A stretch of DNA of 33,756 bases from an uncultured virus (IMG/VR IMGVR_UViG_3300036715_000622) (IMGVR_UViG_3300036715_000622), one strand, 5' to 3'. Shown: positions 25,813-33,607, counted from the stretch's first letter. The notes: generated from the letters alone by a model not told the origin. Numbers and translations: made by a program.

Positions 25813-25898
25813 TGGTGGGAGAGAAGAGAATCGAACTCTTACCCCTTTCGAGACTAGATCCTAAGTCTAGCGCGGCTACCTAATTACGCCACTCTCCC
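25813..25898 (-). tRNA. tRNA-Leu(UAG)
   Basis: loop CT-TAG-GA, variable arm, CCA. Confidence 0.92.
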
Positions 25899-25905
25899 AA
25901 AAACT

Positions 25906-25980
25906 TGGTACCTCCACGGAGAATTGAACTCACGATTTACGGGATGAAAACCCGTTGGCCTACCTTTAGCCGATAGAGGT
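25906..25980 (-). tRNA. tRNA-Glu(UUC)
   Basis: loop TT-TTC-AT, CCA. Confidence 0.88.
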
Positions 25981-25989
25981 ATAAAAATC

Positions 25990-26211
25990 TAATAAGTGGT
26001 AGTAATTGGTAGACTATATAAAGCAACATTCCTGGGGAAGGCATGTGGGTTGGGTGGTTACCACTGCCCTAACACTCAATGAAGCTCAATAATTTGCTAC
26101 CCCTTCAAATCTATCTTAGTAGTTCATAATAGTAGGAATTATTGCCCCAACAGCTCACCCAAACCATTGAACATATCTTGATATCTTAAAAGGTATTACT
26201 ACCACTTATTA
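25990..26211 (-). ncRNA. unknown RNA in a 17-bp inverted repeat
   Basis: TAATAAGTGGTAGTAAT/ATTACTACCACTTATTA. Confidence 0.5.
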
Positions 26212-26215
26212 AATC

Positions 26216-26352
26216 TAATAAAATTGGAATCTAGCTTCACTAGTAGGAAGTATTTTTCTAGATTATCTTTTCGTACTGGTTTCAGAGAAGCATGTTCCCT
26301 GCCGTCTACTAAGTCCTAAGCTGGGCGTTTACACCAGATTCCAAATTTATTA
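26216..26352 (-). ncRNA. unknown RNA in a 17-bp inverted repeat (1 mismatch)
   Basis: TAATAAAATTGGAATCT/AGATTCCAAATTTATTA. Confidence 0.45.
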
Positions 26353-26359
26353 AATTTAA

Positions 26360-26435
26360 TGGTACGCGCAATCGGGGTCGAACCGATGACCTGCCGGTTA
26401 AAAGCCGGCTGCTACTACCGCTGAGCTATACGCGC
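26360..26435 (-). tRNA. tRNA-Lys(UUU)
   Basis: loop CT-TTT-AA, CCA. Confidence 0.93.
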
Positions 26436-26539
26436 ATTAACTCTACTTTTGATTGCCTACGCATGGCTTTAAAAGTCTTACCATGCGGGCCCTGTTTTCG
26501 TGCTAACATAGGCACAATGCCCTTATTACGAGGTTTCAT
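26426..26539 (-). CDS. small basic peptide (37 aa)
   Basis: MKPRNKGIVPMLARKQGPHGKTFKAMRRQSKVELMRV; promoter 26591-26563. Confidence 0.55.
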   Translation of the reverse strand: MKPRNKGIVPMLARKQGPHGKTFKAMRRQSKVELMRV

Positions 26540-26594
26540 ATAATTCTCTCATTTAAAGAATAATTATACAGCCTTTTAACTTATGAGTCAAGTC

Positions 26595-26807
26595 TATTTT
26601 TAATAAGTAGAAGCACAGTTTACTACAGAAATTATTAACAATCTCTAGAGAGTGCTTTCGTTGGCGCAACCAACTACATCCGCTATTAGTATATCTACTA
26701 AACTCTACATGGAATTGGTATATTTTGGTGTGCACACCTCAATACTTTACCAGCAAGGTTTCCCCCAGATTAGGGGGCACTAGCTATGCTTCTACTTATT
26801 AAAAATA
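26595..26807 (-). ncRNA. unknown RNA in a 21-bp inverted repeat
   Basis: TATTTTTAATAAGTAGAAGCA/TGCTTCTACTTATTAAAAATA. Confidence 0.5.
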
Positions 26808-26817
26808 CTATTATATA

Positions 26818-26901
26818 TGGTGGAGATGGATGGTAACGATCCAACAGAGCCGAAGCGACAGTTTTACAGACTGCCCCGCCTCCTTAGCGGTTTACATCTC
26901 C
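26818..26901 (-). tRNA. tRNA-Tyr(GUA)
   Basis: loop CT-GTA-AA, variable arm, atypical T-loop, CCA. Confidence 0.85.
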
Positions 26902-27123
26902 ATTTAGTAATATACCTATCTTGTCATCCCATTGCCCAAAGTAGGAATCATCGGACTTAGTCGTATCTAAATCAAGCGCATCTGTATTATAGCTAGTAGT
27001 AAAGTTGCGCAAGTATATAGATATAACCTTTACCGACCAACTTGCCCAGGTGCTTGCCTAACTCATTTGGGGAGTAGCGCAGAGGCGGATACTTAGTTCT
27101 TCGATAGGTATATTACTAAATGG
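26900..27123 (-). ncRNA. unknown RNA in a 21-bp inverted repeat
   Basis: CCATTTAGTAATATACCTATC/GATAGGTATATTACTAAATGG. Confidence 0.5.
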
Positions 27124-27360
27124 TAGGGCACGTTTCACTAGCAATTAAGTTTTTATGGATACGTAGATTACCATTGAAACACCCTTTTATGTACTCTACT
27201 ATCAGTAGCGCATATACGGTAAAGTATATAAAAGGTGGCTATCTTTTCTGAGAGATAGCCGAAACTCGTGGTATGTCTGAACTGAGCATAAGAGCGGGGG
27301 CATCTTAGCAATCGCGTTTTGTAGGTTGGAGAAGTCCGTCTTTCCCAATTCATAAATAAT

Positions 27361-27477
27361 ATTATACGCTAAAAAGCATTTAAAGTCAAGTCTATTTTTT
27401 TCTTATCAATAAATTGTAAATTTTCTTGTTATTGCGACTTAAAATAATATTATACGCTATTTAGCATTTAAAGTCAA
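27361..27477 (-). promoter_or_regulatory. two tandem sigma70 promoters
   Basis: TTGACT-17-TATAAT at 27389-27361 and 27477-27449. Confidence 0.85.
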
Positions 27478-27479
27478 GT

Positions 27480-27782
27480 CTACTTTTTAGTAAAGCAAAT
27501 AGATACAAGATCCTCTAAAGTATTTATAGCATATCCTACTTCATTAATCCACACATTAGGAGTACCATCGTTATGCACTGTACGTTCATACAGAAACCAC
27601 ATCAGCCAGTCAAAATTCTCATCACCAATTGCAGCTTGCAGCAGGTGCTCCCTATTATTACTATAAGAAGCCGGAACCATATCTACAATATAGTTGTCGC
27701 CACCAAATGCTTTATTAACTGCCTCTACATAGTTTTCGTAGTCTTCATTCGCCTCTACATATTCTTTGACAATTTCCAGCAT
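27480..27782 (-). CDS. hypothetical protein
   Basis: GGAG RBS, 100 aa. Confidence 0.7.
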   Translation of the reverse strand: MLEIVKEYVEANEDYENYVEAVNKAFGGDNYIVDMVPASYSNNREHLLQAAIGDENFDWLMWFLYERTVHNDGTPNVWINEVGYAINTLEDLVSICFTKK

Positions 27783-27793
27783 TTTCAGTTTCT

Positions 27794-27923
27794 CCGATTT
27801 AAAATAATATTATACTCTATTTAACTAAGAGAGTCAAGTCTGTTTTTTACAGATTATACTTAATTTTCCCCGATTTAAAATAATATTATACGCTATTTAA
27901 CTAAGAGAGTCAAGTCTGTTTTT
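27794..27923 (-). promoter_or_regulatory. tandemly duplicated ~54-bp promoter cassette
   Basis: CCGATTTAAAATAATATTATAC.CTATTTAACTAAGAGAGTCAAGTCTGTTTTT twice. Confidence 0.85.
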
Positions 27924-28608
27924 AACAGGGACCAGTTGTACAAGTTAGTAGGTTATTGCTGTTTGTGGGCGGATTATAACTATTACTAATAGTATGATCG
28001 TCAATAGGAGTGGAGTATGAGCCGCTGCCAATTACACCTGCACCACCAAGGGCATTTGTAGTGTACGAGCCTGTACCAAGAACACCTGTACCGCTAAAGT
28101 CTGTAGTAGTATACTGACCATTTCCAATTACCCCATTTCCACCAATAGTAAGATTAGGGGCTTTATTTTGTGATGCAATACCTAGCATAGTATTATACCC
28201 GCTAATAGTGGTATCTCTTGCATTATTAGATTGGGTCTCGGCTATATGCCTATTAGACACAATACCGTAAATACTTACAATAGGATTAAGAAGTATTGAC
28301 GTCCATTGCAGTGCAGTATCAGAGAAACTTCTAGGCTGCACTAATACGGTTTGGCCGGTTTGGCGCGAGCTTGCACTAGATGTGTTCTGTAGCGCCATCA
28401 TACCTACAGCTTTAGCTGTGTCATTACCTGCTACAGCAATTGCACTAATAGCATTATATCGTGCTGCTTCGGCTTGTGCCCTGGCTATTTCCGCTTTAGT
28501 ATCCTCTTGCTTTATAAGCAGTTGTGTATCTGCATACTTTATATATTCATCTGCACTCGCGCAGCCTGATACGGATACTGCTAGTATTAACGGTATTACT
28601 CTTTTCAT
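27922..28608 (-). CDS. lipoprotein with Gly-rich repeats
   Basis: lipobox-like VSGC; three GxGV(I/L)GxGxY repeats. Confidence 0.7.
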   Translation of the reverse strand: MKRVIPLILAVSVSGCASADEYIKYADTQLLIKQEDTKAEIARAQAEAARYNAISAIAVAGNDTAKAVGMMALQNTSSASSRQTGQTVLVQPRSFSDTALQWTSILLNPIVSIYGIVSNRHIAETQSNNARDTTISGYNTMLGIASQNKAPNLTIGGNGVIGNGQYTTTDFSGTGVLGTGSYTTNALGGAGVIGSGSYSTPIDDHTISNSYNPPTNSNNLLTCTTGPC

Positions 28609-28805
28609 AATGATGCTCCAAATAGTTGTTGATGAACTCTTTGAATAGTCATTAGTTCACCCATTACTGCTCTACTAAATCCACTTCGATTTATCCGATC
28701 AGATAAGATCAATGAGTTTAAGTACTTATCAAGTATATCATACCCCCATAATAGGTTTAGCTTTCCAATTATATGAGGATGTTTCTTTTCTAATTCACTA
28801 CACAT
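28605..28805 (-). CDS. small protein resembling a Betaproteobacteria-associated domain
   Basis: PHII.KL..LWG....YL..LI..DR..R.GF...VM.EL pattern. Confidence 0.6.
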   Translation of the reverse strand: MCSELEKKHPHIIGKLNLLWGYDILDKYLNSLILSDRINRSGFSRAVMGELMTIQRVHQQLFGASL

Positions 28806-28820
28806 TATGCTACCTATTTA

Positions 28821-28896
28821 TGGCACCCCCAGACAGAATCGAACTGCCGTATAGAGAGGTAGAAGCTCTCTGCGTTATCCACTACGCTATGGGGGC
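28821..28896 (-). tRNA. tRNA-Arg(UCU)
   Basis: loop CT-TCT-AC, GCCA. Confidence 0.92.
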
Positions 28897-28953
28897 ATTA
28901 TTAATCTTTCTTACTGCTCAAAAATTCCATCCAGTATCATCGTGCCCCTCAGC

Positions 28954-29265
28954 CTACCCCTTAGCCTGCCCTTCATTATATCCCTCATTATACCCGTCAC
29001 TATGCCCCTCATCATACCCCTCAGCATGCCCAAAACTATGCCCTTCAGCTCGCCCTTCATTATACCCCTCATTATACCCGTCATTATGCCCCTTATCATA
29101 CCCCTCAGCCCGTTCCTCAGCCCGCCCCTCATCATACCCCTCAGCCCGCCCCTCAGTATGGCCTTCGCTATGCCCGTCACTATACCCCCCATCATACATG
29201 GTAGAAACGAACTTCTTGAATTCTTCTTGGGTCATTTTGCCTTCTTTTACCAGTGTGTATACCAT
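28954..29265 (-). CDS. GY/HxE tetrapeptide-repeat protein, copy 3 (expanded, degenerate 3' end)
   Basis: MVYTLVKEGKMT head plus 12-nt repeats. Confidence 0.65.
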   Translation of the reverse strand: MVYTLVKEGKMTQEEFKKFVSTMYDGGYSDGHSEGHTEGRAEGYDEGRAEERAEGYDKGHNDGYNEGYNEGRAEGHSFGHAEGYDEGHSDGYNEGYNEGQAKG

Positions 29266-29302
29266 TTCAAATCTCCGTCAAGTCAAAAATATACGAGAGT
29301 TA

Positions 29303-29503
29303 TTAAATCTTCTTATTACCCAAAAAATTCATCATCATATCCTTCCTCATACTCTTTTTAGTACCCTTTAGCATACCCGTCACTATACCCTCATTATACC
29401 CTTCATTATATGCAGCATTGTACTTCTCATCATGTACGGAAGAAAGGTACTTCTCGAATTCTTTACGGGTCATCTTACCTTCTCTTACCAGCGTATATAC
29501 CAT
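29303..29503 (-). pseudogene. GYxE-repeat protein, copy 2 (frameshifted within the repeats)
   Basis: same head; frame shifts after YNEG, and the repeat frame contains TAA. Confidence 0.55.
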
Positions 29504-29550
29504 TTCAAATCTCCATCAAGTCAAGACTATATGAGAGTTATTAAATCTTC

Positions 29551-29742
29551 TTATTGCCCAAAAGATCCATCATCAAACCCTTCATCATATCCGTCAGAAT
29601 GCCCGTCAGCCTTCCCGTCATTATACCCCTCATCATACCCATAAGTATATCCATCATTGTATCTCTCATCGCATTTGGCAGAAAGGAATTTCTCAAATTC
29701 TTCTTGGGTCATCTTACCTTCTTTTACCAGTGTGTATACCAT
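29551..29742 (-). CDS. GYxE-repeat protein, copy 1
   Basis: same head, intact to DGSFGQ*. Confidence 0.7.
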   Translation of the reverse strand: MVYTLVKEGKMTQEEFEKFLSAKCDERYNDGYTYGYDEGYNDGKADGHSDGYDEGFDDGSFGQ

Positions 29743-29743
29743 T

Positions 29744-29920
29744 TCAAATCTCCATCAAGTCAAAAATATAGTCGGGTTCCAGTCCCAATTCCTCATACAG
29801 AATATCCTCTGGATCTGCGCCTTCTTCAATCATAGAACGCAACTCACGCAGGAGCTTTTTAGCCTCGGCTTGAGTCATACCATCACGGCGCATAAGAACT
29901 TCAATGATCTCATTTTTCAT
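29744..29920 (-). CDS. small acidic protein (58 aa, not in ORF track)
   Basis: MKNEIIEVLMRRDG...GLEPDYIFDLMEI; GGAG RBS; promoter 29973-29945. Confidence 0.7.
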   Translation of the reverse strand: MKNEIIEVLMRRDGMTQAEAKKLLRELRSMIEEGADPEDILYEELGLEPDYIFDLMEI

Positions 29921-29950
29921 TTGATTTCTCCCACTTAAAGATATATTATA

Positions 29951-30535
29951 CTACTCTTCAGTTGGCGAGTCAACACTAGTTTTTATTTCTAGCTTTTTAG
30001 CCCGCTTCTTCAAGCGTTTAATGACCTCATCAGCAGTCATGTAAATATCTTTATTATCTAAGATGGATTTAACCTCTTTCTTAGTAAGGAAGTCTTTATA
30101 CACTGATTCTAGGAGATTCTTACTCCACATGCGTTCATGGGCAACTTGGTCAAAGAGTTCTCCACCTTTTCCAAAAGCTCCACCGCTGTAATTATGCATC
30201 ATGAAAATGCTATGTTCATTAACATAGTAATTCGTGGCTGCTAAAAAGATTAGGGTTGCTGCACTCATACATGCACCTTCTACACTAGCAGTAACTGTTG
30301 CCTGTGTACTTAGTAGTGCATGCATAATCTGCAGTCCTGCGAATAGATCACCGCCATAACTATTAATGTGTATTACAATCTCATCTTCTGGGCCACTATT
30401 TCTAATAGTATTTAGCATATTAGTATATTTCTCGGGAGCTTCAATAGCCCCGCTAATATAGAAGGTGATCTTTTTCGCTGTGTGTACATCAATGAAAGTA
30501 TCGGGATTTACTGCTGGGTCTTGTTTATGTGACAT
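29951..30535 (-). CDS. ClpP-like serine protease
   Basis: HINSYGG, ACMSAATLIFLA, FMMH, DIYMTADE. Confidence 0.85.
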   Translation of the reverse strand: MSHKQDPAVNPDTFIDVHTAKKITFYISGAIEAPEKYTNMLNTIRNSGPEDEIVIHINSYGGDLFAGLQIMHALLSTQATVTASVEGACMSAATLIFLAATNYYVNEHSIFMMHNYSGGAFGKGGELFDQVAHERMWSKNLLESVYKDFLTKKEVKSILDNKDIYMTADEVIKRLKKRAKKLEIKTSVDSPTEE

Positions 30536-30572
30536 ATATATCCTAATTTAAAAATTGGTTCTAATGTGCAGC

Positions 30573-30815
30573 TTATCTACCTACATACTCTAAACAATAG
30601 GGGCATATATTATTATCATCCTCATCTGGTATTAACTGATATGAGTGATACCAGATATTACATCCAGTACATCTCTCAAGGTCCTCTAATAAGGACTCGT
30701 CAAAAACTATTCCTAATTCTTCACATACTCTACTAATAGTAGAATTAGTTCTATATAGAACATCTACTAGTGTTTCTTTTTTCACATTCCATTTCCCGTT
30801 CCAAATTTGGAACAT
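30573..30815 (-). CDS. Zn-finger hypothetical protein
   Basis: CTGC...CPYC. Confidence 0.7.
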   Translation of the reverse strand: MFQIWNGKWNVKKETLVDVLYRTNSTISRVCEELGIVFDESLLEDLERCTGCNIWYHSYQLIPDEDDNNICPYCLEYVGR

Positions 30816-30921
30816 AAGTTTAAATAAACTGTATAAGCAGCTTTTGGATGCTGACTTAATACTTTTAATATGTCTTCCGATACTTTATTATATGGTACAA
30901 AGTCTGTGGTATCGGTAAGCT

Positions 30922-31233
30922 CTATGTAGTCTCTAGATTCTTGATCTGTCTCTGTATGTAATATAGGGCCTTGTTCAGATCCTCTATCTCTTTCTGTCGT
31001 GCTGATAATGATGACTCCTTTTTAAGTCCTGCTCTCCATAGGTATTTTATAGCGTTCCCTATACAGAAATTATAGTGTTCTGCAATGGTTATTGCTTCAA
31101 TTCCGCTAGGATGGGAGGTATAATGAGCTGGGCTATTGACCCTATCTGATCTGGTTGTATCTTCCTCATAGCGCGCCCAATCAACTGGGGGATGTATAGC
31201 CGCTATAGTATCAAGCTGTTTTTCTTCAAGCAC
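30922..31233 (-). CDS. DUF3310 (T7 gp1.7-like nucleotide kinase family) protein
   Basis: DRVNSPAHY, GNAIKYLWRAG.K, EDLNKA.YY. Confidence 0.85.
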   Translation of the reverse strand: MLEEKQLDTIAAIHPPVDWARYEEDTTRSDRVNSPAHYTSHPSGIEAITIAEHYNFCIGNAIKYLWRAGLKKESSLSARQKEIEDLNKALYYIQRQIKNLETT

Positions 31234-31406
31234 TAGTATTTCCTCAATAACATTGGTACTTCCTTTAAAAGCTTTCTAGCCTTAGTTAGCCTAGAAAGTA
31301 TCTTAGGGGTCTTAGGTGATAAGCCTTTGGATCTACAGTTTTCTATATATCCAGGCAGTAACACATCTGATATAATATCCTCTAGTTCTTTTATATACGC
31401 TCGCAT
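31233..31406 (-). CDS. small basic protein (57 aa, not in ORF track)
   Basis: MRAYIKELEDII..., GGAG RBS. Confidence 0.55.
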   Translation of the reverse strand: MRAYIKELEDIISDVLLPGYIENCRSKGLSPKTPKILSRLTKARKLLKEVPMLLRKY

Positions 31407-31427
31407 AAACTCTCCATTTATTTTTAT

Positions 31428-31515
31428 ATTATACGCTAATAGGGCTTGAGAGTCAAGTATAAAATTTTCGTAACTATAAAATAATCTTGACTTTTCGAGC
31501 TAAAGAGTGTATAAT
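31428..31515. promoter_or_regulatory. back-to-back divergent sigma70 promoters at the strand switch
   Basis: minus TTGACT-17-TATAAT 31456-31428; plus TTGACT 31487-31492 / TATAAT 31510-31515. Confidence 0.88.
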
Positions 31516-31560
31516 ATATAAATAGAGTTAACCCAACTCTTAACTAAAAAGGAAACTAAA

Positions 31561-31740
31561 ATGGACTTCACAGGAGCAGTACGTCTAAAGAATGGTAAGA
31601 AGCATATTATCAGTGTTCAACATACTGATGAGTACCCAATTAATACTTGGGAAGATGCTATGAAAGCACTAAAAGAATACCCTGATGCTAGGACTTGTCT
31701 AGTCCTAGCAGTGGATAACAAAGACCTAGAGCTTGCATAA
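31561..31740 (+). CDS. small hypothetical protein (59 aa, not in ORF track)
   Basis: MDFTGAVRLKNGKKHIISV..., AAGGA RBS after promoter. Confidence 0.7.
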   Translation: MDFTGAVRLKNGKKHIISVQHTDEYPINTWEDAMKALKEYPDARTCLVLAVDNKDLELA

Positions 31741-31817
31741 TATTCCGATAATAACATAGAAATTATGAAATTATCTAATTGAGAAATATGTAGCAAGGGG
31801 CATTGATAAAAATAATC

Positions 31818-31846
31818 TTGCACTTTTTTATTGTTCGTGATATAAT
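31818..31846 (+). promoter_or_regulatory. sigma70 promoter
   Basis: TTGCAC-17-TATAAT. Confidence 0.7.
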
Positions 31847-31868
31847 ATTATATAAATTAACGAAACAG

Positions 31869-32009
31869 TTAAATTTATCCTCTCTTAGGCACACAGACAA
31901 ATTTAAGAGTTTCTAAAAATGCCTTGTTGTAAGGTTTCCACCTGGAATTAGGTATTTCAAGAAACTCCTTAATTTCACTGTGTGCGTGAGAGAGTTTTAA
32001 GAAATTTAA
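31869..32009 (+). ncRNA. long irregular hairpin RNA or DNA element
   Basis: GCACACAG/CTGTGTGC, AGTTTCT/AGAAACT and AAATGCCT/AGGTATTT nested stems. Confidence 0.5.
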
Positions 32010-32104
32010 GCAAATTGGGGAAATTGTAACTATATGTTTTTGGCTACAACTTGTTGTAGCAAGTTAACTACCCCGGCCACCCCCCGCTAGGAAAACCAAA
32101 GAAT

Positions 32105-32190
32105 CTTTCTAGAAAATCCTTTAGAAAGTTAGATCAGCTAAGAAAGCCTTTAGAAAGTTAGGGTCAGGCTAGATCAGATAGGGTCAGGTT
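32105..32190 (+). repeat. short direct repeats
   Basis: CCTTTAGAAAGTTAG x2, TAGGGTCAGG x2, TAGATCAG x2. Confidence 0.7.
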
Positions 32191-32234
32191 TAAACACTAT
32201 ACCTGTTTAAAATAGTGTATAATAAGAGGTTAAC

Positions 32235-33218
32235 ATGTTTTTAGCTAAGCAAGATATTAAAAGTATTCCATTTCAGATCCTTCATGAACAGATGACTTTA
32301 GCTAGTCGTAATATACAAGATATACTGTACACAAAAGAGCTAGAGGCTCATGAGAGGTTAATTGCTTCAAAAGAGAAGTATTATGCAGGTACTCATGAAG
32401 CCCCAGATGAGGGTGAGCTAAGAGAGCGATATCCTTTCCGTCCTCCTAGTGAGGAGTTGTTACAAGAGGAAAAGATTAAAGCAGAGAATGAGGCTTTTAA
32501 TGCTTGGGCTAAGAAATATGGTATTAGTGCAAAGGCACTGTGGTTACTACCTCAAGTAACTGCATATATTGCTAAAATGACACTACCTCGTGATAAAGAT
32601 GGTAAGATATCACCTCGGGAGTTTCTAAAAGCTAATTTTAGTGTAGATGATTGGCATAAAGGTTTATATCGTTACTGCACGGCTAGACTGCGTGGATCAA
32701 TTGTACCAAAGCAGATTGCAGAGCAGTTTAGGAACTATTCCGCTCTTGTTCCATTACTTATGATGCCTTTTAAGAAGTTTGATGCAGTACAATATTCAGA
32801 ATGGTCTAGAGAAGGACTACATCTTATTTTAGATAAGAACCTATTTGAGGCTATGAGTTGCACTGATGTTTTAACACTTACAAATGAAAGATTACTAGAA
32901 AACAGAGAACATGCTCTAATTGTTAAGACAGGAGAAAAGGCAGGTACTAGAAGAGATCCAATATCCACATATAAACTATTTGGTAGTTTTGATGATGAGT
33001 TAAAAGCATTGCCTTGGTATTGTCAAGTAATGGCTACTCAAATATGGGTAGCACATCCTAGTATTAGGACTAATTTAATGGTATTAGATTGGATAAATTG
33101 GGATAAAATGCCTCAGCCTTTAATTGATATTGAGGTATTAAAGCCTACTAATGAGTCTAAGTATAGAGATAAACCTGCACCAGTATACACTACTAGTGAT
33201 CTACCCTGGGAAAACTAG
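32235..33218 (+). CDS. hypothetical protein (327 aa)
   Basis: long ORF with GAGG RBS; family not recognised. Confidence 0.85.
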   Translation: MFLAKQDIKSIPFQILHEQMTLASRNIQDILYTKELEAHERLIASKEKYYAGTHEAPDEGELRERYPFRPPSEELLQEEKIKAENEAFNAWAKKYGISAKALWLLPQVTAYIAKMTLPRDKDGKISPREFLKANFSVDDWHKGLYRYCTARLRGSIVPKQIAEQFRNYSALVPLLMMPFKKFDAVQYSEWSREGLHLILDKNLFEAMSCTDVLTLTNERLLENREHALIVKTGEKAGTRRDPISTYKLFGSFDDELKALPWYCQVMATQIWVAHPSIRTNLMVLDWINWDKMPQPLIDIEVLKPTNESKYRDKPAPVYTTSDLPWEN

Positions 33219-33289
33219 ACTTGATAATTTAGACTACATAATGAGCTATTTAGACTGAGTAATTTAGACTATATGATGAGCAAAATATA

Positions 33290-33607
33290 ATGAAATACAC
33301 CAATGAAATAGTTAAAAAGATAGTTGAAGATTATAATGCTGGAGTAGATGTTAAGATGATAGCATCTAATCTAACTAAAGAGATGGGTCAAGTAGTACCG
33401 GAACGAAGTGTTATAGCGAAGTTAAGTTCTTTGGGAGTTTACAAGAGGAAAGTATATACTAGTAAAACTGGTAGTGCACCAATTAAGAAAGAAGAGTATA
33501 TTGCTAAGATCTCCAAGATTTTGAAGATAGATATTGACCTACTGGAGAGTCTTGAAAAAGTAACTAAAACTGCTCTAATGCTTATTGTTGATCGACTAGA
33601 GAAGTAA
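33290..33607 (+). CDS. T5 A2/D5-like DNA-binding protein
   Basis: RSVIAKLSSLGVY...LESLEKVTK pattern. Confidence 0.65.
   Translation: MKYTNEIVKKIVEDYNAGVDVKMIASNLTKEMGQVVPERSVIAKLSSLGVYKRKVYTSKTGSAPIKKEEYIAKISKILKIDIDLLESLEKVTKTALMLIVDRLEK

Noticed and set aside
178..28648. Plus-strand ORFs listed in the track for 1-29 kb
   Set aside because: They are antisense to well-supported genes or tRNAs, and all promoters and RBSs point to the minus strand.
28911..28956. Stop-codon reassignment suggested by a TAG inside the repeat tract
   Set aside because: There is no suppressor tRNA, core genes are intact in code 11, and rsr ends normally at TAG.
28900..29775. CRISPR array
   Set aside because: The repeats are coding 12-mers and gene-sized duplications, with no unique equal-length spacers and no cas genes.
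28712..29938. Overlapping ORFs in other frames and on the plus strand across the repeat region
   Set aside because: They are shadows of stop-poor 12-nt repeats and have no RBS or promoter.
32063..32090. GTTAACTACCCCGGCC resembling an IS200/IS605 or HEARO end
   Set aside because: No complementary arm follows to form the subterminal hairpin.
31869..33218. Retron (msr-msd hairpin plus reverse transcriptase)
   Set aside because: The 327-aa ORF has no YxDD or other RT motifs.
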